Shown: piece after piece, positions 7,896 to 13,461 of the stretch
Position numbering within the stretch: the first letter of the stretch is position 1
Layout: each line of letters starts with the position of its first letter
Source: Clostridia bacterium
GTDB taxonomy: Bacteria > Bacillota > Clostridia > Christensenellales > Aristaeellaceae
Assembly: GCA_045617125.1 (NCBI GenBank)
Contig: JAZLIA010000072.1
Location: 1 to 14,823, forward strand
Direction: 5' to 3'
DNA: 14,823 nt
Notes under the pieces: generated by a model
Told to the model about the DNA's origin: nothing
The model's database searches: none
The model's input: only the letters and a program-made list of their open reading frames with translations
Translations under genes and position numbers: made by a program

Positions 7896-9158
7896 TCAAT
7901 CCACAAAATCAAATTCCATTTCGCCCATTCGGATGGTGCTGCCTTCATTGGCGCCCATTCTGCGCAGTTGATCGATCATCCCGCTGCGGCGCATGGTGCG
8001 GTGGAACCAGTTGAGGCTTTCCTCATCGTCAAAGTTGACGCTTTCCACCAGCATATCGGCAGAGGGACCTTCAATAACGAACACATGATCCTCCAGACGC
8101 ACCTGATAACCGGAGGAAGTGAATTCGGGCAGCATTTCCTCCTCGGCATAGGGCTCCATCGGCGGCATTTCGGCAATTCGTCGGGTCACCTCATCCATCA
8201 GAGGGTCCAGCCCCTGGCGGGTGGCCGCGCTGATCGCAAACACCGGCGTTTTTCCGCCCACATGCTTAATCAGGCGCTGCAGGTTTTCCTCCGCTTCGGG
8301 CAGGTCCATCTTGTTTGCACAGATCACCTCGGGCTTCCCGCTCAGATCCCCGTACTTTTCCAGCTCCGCACGGATCTGATCGTAATCCTCCACCGGGTCC
8401 CGTCCCTCGCAGCCGGATACATCCACAACATGGATCAGAAGCCTCGTTCTGTCCACATGACGCAGGAAATCGTAACCAAGTCCCGCACCTTCCCCGGCGC
8501 CCTCGATCAGGCCGGGAATGTCGGCCATCACATAATCCTGCCCGTAGCGCTTCACGATGCCCAGGTTGGGCGTCAGGGTAGTGAAGTGATAATTGGCGAT
8601 CTTGGGCTTGGCTGCCGTCACCACGGAAAGCAGCGTGCTTTTTCCCACGTTGGGATAGCCCACCAGTCCCACATCAGCAATGGTCCTGAGCTCCAAAGTG
8701 AATTCATGCCATTCGCATTTGATGCCCGGCTTGGCAAAATTGGGGGCCTGGCGGGTGGATGTGGCAAAATGCATGTTGCCCCAACCTCCGCGGCCTCCGC
8801 GCAGAAGCACCTTCCTGCGGCCCTTCTCATACATATCAGCCACCACGATGCCGCTTTCCTTTTCGCGCACCACGGTGCCAACAGGCACCTTCACGATCAG
8901 ATCTTCCCCGGATCGTCCCACTCTTCTTTCTCCGGAACCGTCCGCGCCGTTCTGCGCTTCATACCGGCTGCGAAAGCGGAAGTCCATCAGCGTGTGCATA
9001 TTATCATCAGCCAGAAGGATCAGATCGCCCCCCTTGCCGCCGTCGCCCCCATCCGGGCCGCCGTTCTGAACGAATTTTTCTCTGTGAAAGGATACGCACC
9101 CATTGCCGCCGTTTCCGGCCCGTGCAATAAAAGGCGCCTGATCAACAAATGAAGCCAT
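7896..9158 (-). CDS. obg: GTPase Obg/CgtA with C-terminal OCT domain
   Basis: Glycine-rich Obg fold (GGNGCVSFHREKF..GGPDGGDGGKGGD). GTPase motifs G1 GYPNVGKST, G3 DIPGLIEGA and G4 NKMD are present. The C-terminal OCT-like domain ends IRMGEMEFDFVD. I place the start at ATG 9158 (MASFVDQ), with GGAGGAG 4-6 nt upstream, rather than the track start at 9176. Confidence 0.95.
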   Translation of the reverse strand: MASFVDQAPFIARAGNGGNGCVSFHREKFVQNGGPDGGDGGKGGDLILLADDNMHTLMDFRFRSRYEAQNGADGSGERRVGRSGEDLIVKVPVGTVVREKESGIVVADMYEKGRRKVLLRGGRGGWGNMHFATSTRQAPNFAKPGIKCEWHEFTLELRTIADVGLVGYPNVGKSTLLSVVTAAKPKIANYHFTTLTPNLGIVKRYGQDYVMADIPGLIEGAGEGAGLGYDFLRHVDRTRLLIHVVDVSGCEGRDPVEDYDQIRAELEKYGDLSGKPEVICANKMDLPEAEENLQRLIKHVGGKTPVFAISAATRQGLDPLMDEVTRRIAEMPPMEPYAEEEMLPEFTSSGYQVRLEDHVFVIEGPSADMLVESVNFDDEESLNWFHRTMRRSGMIDQLRRMGANEGSTIRMGEMEFDFVD

Positions 9159-9190
9159 AATTCTCCTCCGGCGCATACCAGCGCAAAGTA

Positions 9191-9219
9191 AGTATATCAG
9201 AAACCCGCAGGGTTTACAA
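9191..9219 (-). promoter_or_regulatory. Sigma-A-like promoter for obg
   Basis: The minus strand reads TTGTAA (9219-9214), a 17-nt spacer, then TATACT (9196-9191), about 33 nt upstream of ATG 9158. The spacer contains the AAACCC-GCA-GGGTTT hairpin (9201-9215). Confidence 0.5.
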
Positions 9220-9248
9220 TTGTATTTCGCGTCCCATGCTGATATGAT
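9220..9248 (+). promoter_or_regulatory. Candidate sigma-A-like promoter for the ylmH-like gene
   Basis: TTGTAT (9220-9225), a 17-nt spacer, then TATGAT (9243-9248). This would give a very short leader, with the SD at 9256-9259, so confidence is low. Confidence 0.35.
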
Positions 9249-9268
9249 AGAAAAAGGAGATGATCAGA

Positions 9269-10003
9269 ATGGAAGCCAAGGATCGCTATTTGGAGCTGGC
9301 AGCCCGGGCTGCCAACCGGGGCATTACCCTTTTTACACGGTTTCTTGACCTGAACGGTCAGAAGGAAGCGGTGATCGCCGCCCAAAAGGCCGGCTCGGGC
9401 TTTCGCCTTTTCGGAGGCGCTCCGGGCTGTGAGCGGCAGGTGATGGCATTTTACGGGGATGAAGAACCTGAAGACGCTCTTTACCCCATACGCTGTGTGC
9501 TGATCCGCCCCCGCGCGGCCCGGTTTTGCTCCCTGCCGGGGCATCGGGACATTTTAGGCAGCCTTATGAGCCTGGGCAGCGACCGGGAAATGCTGGGCGA
9601 CATCATGATCGAGGAAAACGAGTGCCGTGTTTTCTGCCTGCCGGTCATGGTGTCTCAAATCGTGGAGGGTCTCACCCGGGCCGGAAAATGCGAGCTGATC
9701 TGTGAAGAATGTGCTTTGCCTGCCCATGCAGAAAAAAAGACCGAGGAGATCCTGCTTCAGGTCAATTCTCCCCGGGCGGATGCCGTGGTTTCTCATCTGT
9801 TTCGGCTGAGCCGTTCCGAAACCGACGCGCTTTTTGCTTCAGGACTGGTTTTGATAAACGATGCCCCCTGCCTGAAACCGGAAAAGCAGCTCTGCGAAGG
9901 CTGCATCCTGTCGGTGCGCGGCTACGGAAGGGCACAGTATCTGGGGCTCAGTTCCCTGAGCAAAAAAGGAAAGCAGAATGTAAAGGTGGCCCTTTACCGA
10001 TAG
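9269..10003 (+). CDS. ylmH: YlmH-like RNA-binding protein with C-terminal S4 domain
   Basis: The central HRDILGSLMSLGSDREMLGDI motif and a C-terminal S4-like segment (RADAVVSHLFRLSRSETDALFASGLVLINDAPCLKPEKQLCEGCILSVRGYGR) are typical of the YlmH family. GGAG lies 9 nt upstream of ATG 9269 (the track ORF starts at 9260). TAG stop at 10001-10003. Confidence 0.75.
   Translation: MEAKDRYLELAARAANRGITLFTRFLDLNGQKEAVIAAQKAGSGFRLFGGAPGCERQVMAFYGDEEPEDALYPIRCVLIRPRAARFCSLPGHRDILGSLMSLGSDREMLGDIMIEENECRVFCLPVMVSQIVEGLTRAGKCELICEECALPAHAEKKTEEILLQVNSPRADAVVSHLFRLSRSETDALFASGLVLINDAPCLKPEKQLCEGCILSVRGYGRAQYLGLSSLSKKGKQNVKVALYR
9980..9997 (-). terminator. Hairpin inside the ylmH 3' end; possible terminator for the convergent phosphoesterase operon
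   Basis: Perfect 7-bp stem GTAAAGG/CCTTTAC with a 4-nt loop. On the minus strand it is followed by ATTCTGCTTTCCTTTTTT, which is T-rich, but the T6 run is 12 nt away. Confidence 0.3.
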
Positions 10004-10005
10004 GC

Positions 10006-10692
10006 TCATTCCCGGATCAGACGGTAATTTCCGCTTTTCAGGATGTTAAGCAGCTGATCCATGCCTGTGACCGGTTCTTCCGTCAGGATGCCGCCGCCGA
10101 TGTATCCTTCAGGATCATGAAAATCGCTGCCCGAAATGCCGGGAAGGGACAGCTTTTCCGCCCAGAGCAAAGCCAGGTCGTTGTGGCTGTCATGGTTTTT
10201 GTGGGAGTTATATACCTCGATCCCATCCAGATGCCCGTCCCATTCGGGATTAAGCAGGGTCATTCCAAAGCGCATCGGATGCGCCTGATACACAAGGCAG
10301 CCCATCCCGCCCAGCTTTTTTGACAGCTCTCTGAACCGGAGTGGGAAGATCTCACCCAGGCTAAACAGCTTTTCTTCAGTAAGGCCAAACACCAGAAAAT
10401 CGTTGGCAAATTCATCCACTCTCATTTCGGCGCCCAACAAGATATTCAGTTTTCCCCTGGCAGCGTCCCTCAGGGCGTGATAGCCTTCCAGGTAATACCG
10501 CATCATTTCTTCCCAGCCAATGCCGGACATCGTTTCAAAGGTCCACCGGTTCAGATGATTTTGCAGTACCACCGTAGTGTACCCTTTTTCCGTGAATCTT
10601 TTTACTAACGTTTCCGGATCTGCATGTGCACACCGGCTCACCGGAGAAGTGTGGGCATGCAGTTCTGTTTTATACAGCATTTTCTCACTCAT
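10006..10692 (-). CDS. PHP-domain metal-dependent phosphoesterase
   Basis: 228-aa ORF with the N-terminal ELHAHTSP (HxH) motif, internal DGIEVYNSH and C-terminal SGSDFHD, which is the PHP-family metal-ligand pattern. Its ATG overlaps the upstream gene's stop (ATGA at 10692-10689). AAGGA lies 7 nt upstream. Confidence 0.75.
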   Translation of the reverse strand: MSEKMLYKTELHAHTSPVSRCAHADPETLVKRFTEKGYTTVVLQNHLNRWTFETMSGIGWEEMMRYYLEGYHALRDAARGKLNILLGAEMRVDEFANDFLVFGLTEEKLFSLGEIFPLRFRELSKKLGGMGCLVYQAHPMRFGMTLLNPEWDGHLDGIEVYNSHKNHDSHNDLALLWAEKLSLPGISGSDFHDPEGYIGGGILTEEPVTGMDQLLNILKSGNYRLIRE

Positions 10693-11618
10693 CTCTGTTT
10701 CCTTTCCGTTCCGGCCTTCTGTTTCATCTTAGAAGCCGGTTGCTTCCCCCGTCTCAGTGTGATCATATGATATTCCGACCACGTGCCCACCCGTATCGGC
10801 ATGAAGGTGGTGCCCACCCCGGAGCTGACCAGGATATCCGCCCCGTTTTCCCGCTTCCAACCGCTTACATAGCGGCTGCCGTATAGGCTGGAAGATTTAA
10901 TCGGATGGCCAAACAGGGCCACCTGTCCCCCATGGGTGTGTCCGCAGAGCACCAGTTGAAAAAAGGGGGTTGGATGCACAGCAAAATAATCCGGCAGAAC
11001 ATCCGGGCTGTGGGTCAAAAGCAGGCATATATCCGCTCCGCTGGAAAGTGCATCCAACCGGTCCATATCGGCTTGATCCCGGTAACAGTCTCCGGTTCCG
11101 CACACGGTGAGCACACTGTTTCCCCTTTTGATCCTCACCGCGTCATTTTCAAGTATCCGGGCACCGGCAGCCTGCACACTGTTTTCCAGTAGTGCAGGAT
11201 CAGCACATTCCCGGCTGTCATGATTGCCGCGCACCGCATACACGCCCAAAGGTGCGCGGAGCAGACCGGCGGCTTCTTTCCAGAATTGAGCCGCTGTGGG
11301 GCCATCCTCGCCGTAATCGCCGCCAAGCAAAAGCAGATCCGGGCTTTCGGCGGCGATTTTTTTGCACAGCTCACGCACCCGATCGGGACTGAAAAAGCAG
11401 CCAAAATGGATATCGGAAACAAACCCGATCTTGATCCCGTCAAGATCCGCAGGCAAAGCGGGGATCTCCTTTTCCTCCGCCCGCAGGACAAGCTTTTCCG
11501 CCCGCCGCACAAAGAACATTTTTCTGCCTGCCGGTATCCGATAAAGGATCTTTCCGATCAGTGATGACTTATGTGTTTTCGTCGATTCCCGTTTTACCAC
11601 GCAGTTGCTCCTGTTCAT
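10689..11618 (-). CDS. Calcineurin-like metallophosphoesterase (YkuE/COG1408-like)
   Basis: All the classic motifs are present: SDIHFG, GGDYG, RGNHD, LTHSPD, GHTHGGQ. There is no TM or signal peptide in the N-terminus. There is no SD in front of ATG 11618, so the start is uncertain (an internal ATG at Met34 is an alternative). Confidence 0.85.
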   Translation of the reverse strand: MNRSNCVVKRESTKTHKSSLIGKILYRIPAGRKMFFVRRAEKLVLRAEEKEIPALPADLDGIKIGFVSDIHFGCFFSPDRVRELCKKIAAESPDLLLLGGDYGEDGPTAAQFWKEAAGLLRAPLGVYAVRGNHDSRECADPALLENSVQAAGARILENDAVRIKRGNSVLTVCGTGDCYRDQADMDRLDALSSGADICLLLTHSPDVLPDYFAVHPTPFFQLVLCGHTHGGQVALFGHPIKSSSLYGSRYVSGWKRENGADILVSSGVGTTFMPIRVGTWSEYHMITLRRGKQPASKMKQKAGTERKQR

Positions 11619-11644
11619 GTTGATTGCCGCATCATTACAGATCC

Positions 11645-11673
11645 ATTATAGCACCTGCCGCAGCATAAATAAA
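11645..11673 (-). promoter_or_regulatory. Extended -10 promoter candidate for the phosphoesterase operon
   Basis: The minus strand reads TGcTATAAT (-10 hexamer at 11650-11645), with a weak -35 TTTATT (11673-11668) at 17-nt spacing. Confidence 0.4.
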
Positions 11674-11737
11674 GAAATCAGAAACGGAAAAAAGGATGTA
11701 CGCCGGAATACAAAGTCATTATCTTTTTTTATTTTGA

Positions 11738-11764
11738 TGAAATCAATCCGAAAAAGGAGACGTC
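11738..11764 (+). promoter_or_regulatory. ECF-type promoter candidate upstream of the ECF sigma gene (possible autoregulation)
   Basis: TGAAAT (11738-11743), a 17-nt spacer, then CGTC (11761-11764), preceded by a T-rich tract. This resembles the general ECF layout (AAC-like -35, CGT-containing -10), but the -35 ends in T rather than C. It lies about 38 nt upstream of ATG 11802. Confidence 0.35.
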
Positions 11765-11801
11765 CTATATAGTGAAGACCACGAACAGGAGGCGATGCCA
11801 A

Positions 11802-12329
11802 ATGACGGACACCCTGCGCAGGCCGGCAAGGGACACGTCAAAACCAGACATGGAGGCAATTCTCGCAGAGCATGGTGACCGGATCTTCCGATTATGCCTG
11901 CTCTATCTTGGCAATCGTACGCTTGCCGAAGACGCGTTTCAGGAAACGATGTTCCGATGCTGGCAGCGCTATGACACCTACCGAGGAGACGCACCGTTCG
12001 CTGCATGGCTGAGAAAGATCGCCATTAATGTATGCCATGATATCATGCGGACAGGATGGTTCCGCATCTGGAAAAAAAGCGATCCGGCAGATCAGATCTA
12101 TGATCTTGCCGCTGAAGATCTCCCGCCCGATACATTTGTACGCGATGTCGTGGCAGCACTGCCGGGGATCTACCGTGAAATGATCGTTCTTCATTATTTT
12201 GAAGACCTGTCCACTCCGGAGATCGCGCAAGCGCTCTCCCTACCCAAAGGAACTGTATCGACCCGGCTGAAAAGAGCCCGGTCCATCATGAAGAAGAGAT
12301 TGGAGAAGGAAAGTGAAACAAATGCGTGA
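11802..12329 (+). CDS. ECF-type RNA polymerase sigma factor (sigma-70 family, regions 2 and 4 only)
   Basis: Region 2: DAFQETMFRCWQRYDTYRGDAPFAAWLRKIAINVCHD. Region 4 HTH: LSTPEIAQALSLPKGTVSTRLKRARSIMKKRL. AGGAGG lies 9 nt upstream of ATG 11802, which I prefer to the track GTG at 11772. TGA stop at 12327-12329. Confidence 0.9.
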   Translation: MTDTLRRPARDTSKPDMEAILAEHGDRIFRLCLLYLGNRTLAEDAFQETMFRCWQRYDTYRGDAPFAAWLRKIAINVCHDIMRTGWFRIWKKSDPADQIYDLAAEDLPPDTFVRDVVAALPGIYREMIVLHYFEDLSTPEIAQALSLPKGTVSTRLKRARSIMKKRLEKESETNA

Positions 12330-13383
12330 TGAAGAAATCAGCAGCAGACTCCGCCGGCAAATGGATGCTGTTCATGTTCCTCCTGACCTTCTCAGAAAAA
12401 CGTTGATGAAAACTGTTGGAAAGGAAGAACCTGAAATGAAGAAGAAATTTGCTTTTTCGCCAGTATTGGCCATTGCCATCCTGATCATATCGATCTGCAC
12501 CGCATTGGCAGCCGAATTCGGTTTTTTCTGGAATCATCCGCTGGAAAGCGAACTGGAGATCGACGACACCAACCGTGAAAAATATCAATCAGCCCATCTT
12601 CTGGCTGCACCTGGATTGTCTCAAACGCACGGCGGCATCACCATCAGCACGGATCAGTGTGTGGTGGATGAACATACAGCTTATATTTCCTTCCGTATCA
12701 GCGGATGGGACCTTGCGGAAGGCGATGAACCCGGTTTTGATATTGCAAAATGCTCTTTGGGATTGAACAGAGCCTGCTCCATCTCCAGTGCTTTCGCCTG
12801 TATCTGGTCTGACGAGGCACAAGCAGAGATATACGCAGATAATGATGGAAACCTGGTGTATTGCTTCTACATCAGCACTCTGCAAGAGTCGCTGCTTGGC
12901 CGTCCGATCCATATCGAGCTTGGCAACCCTGGCATCTATCGGAAGGATAAATCATTAGAGATCGATGTGATGGCCTATGAGACCTGGACCTTTGACTGGG
13001 AACTGACCGGCACTGAAGCCAATATCCGTTGGGAAAAGATAGAGCAGCCGATCGGAAAAACGGAATGGATATTGCGTTCTTTCTCACTGACACCGGTTAT
13101 TGCAATCGTCACTCTGACGCCTCCAGCTAGCCTTACATATGATGAGAGCGTTGAAGACAAGATTCCTTATTTCCTTGGTGTAATGATGATGGATGGTACC
13201 GAGATCAGACTTTCCGGCATGGGCGGCAGAGAAGTATATGAGAATTCGTATCGGGAAATAGTATCTCTGAACCACATCATTGGTGATCTTGAGAATGTCC
13301 GGGAAATTTTGTTTTCAACCCGCGGCAGCAAGAGCATAACCCATGTCAGGTTGCCGGAAGCTAACGTTCATGCCGCGGAATAA
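12313..13383 (+). CDS. Putative single-pass membrane anti-sigma factor (DUF4179/RsiV-N-like layout) with a large extracytoplasmic domain
   Basis: It overlaps the sigma gene by 17 nt (GTG 12313) or 8 nt (ATG 12322, ATGCGTGA). It has a short charged N-terminus of about 45 aa, one TM segment (FAFSPVLAIAILIISICTALAA), and then about 290 aa predicted to be outside. The position immediately downstream of an ECF sigma gene is typical of cognate anti-sigma factors. Confidence 0.65.
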   Translation: MKQMRDEEISSRLRRQMDAVHVPPDLLRKTLMKTVGKEEPEMKKKFAFSPVLAIAILIISICTALAAEFGFFWNHPLESELEIDDTNREKYQSAHLLAAPGLSQTHGGITISTDQCVVDEHTAYISFRISGWDLAEGDEPGFDIAKCSLGLNRACSISSAFACIWSDEAQAEIYADNDGNLVYCFYISTLQESLLGRPIHIELGNPGIYRKDKSLEIDVMAYETWTFDWELTGTEANIRWEKIEQPIGKTEWILRSFSLTPVIAIVTLTPPASLTYDESVEDKIPYFLGVMMMDGTEIRLSGMGGREVYENSYREIVSLNHIIGDLENVREILFSTRGSKSITHVRLPEANVHAAE

Positions 13384-13408
13384 CATAAACCAGGAACTTT
13401 ACATGGAA

Positions 13409-13456
13409 CAAAAAGAGAGTGATTGCTGTTTTCTGCAGCTCTCACTCCCTTTTTCG
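13409..13456. terminator. Bidirectional intrinsic terminator between the anti-sigma gene and mgtE
   Basis: Stem 13414-13428 / 13436-13450 (12 of 15 positions paired, 7-nt loop), flanked by AAAAA on the left and TTTTT on the right. Either strand therefore reads a hairpin followed by a U-run. Confidence 0.6.
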
Positions 13457-13461
13457 TATGC

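Noticed and set aside
6492-9152. An 886-aa plus-strand ORF spanning the antisense of the M28 peptidase, yhbY and obg, including two intergenic spacers.
   Set aside because: It is the codon-aligned mirror frame of three minus-strand genes that happen to share one phase. Gene starts 6309, 7584 and 7896 and the ORF start 6492 are all 0 mod 3, and the spacers of 39 and 12 nt are multiples of 3. In that frame, stops arise only from sense codons TTA, CTA or TCA, which these GC3-biased genes do not use. The sense genes carry unmistakable family motifs. The antisense product is a His/Ala/Gly/Leu/Arg-rich string with no SD, no promoter and no recognisable domain.
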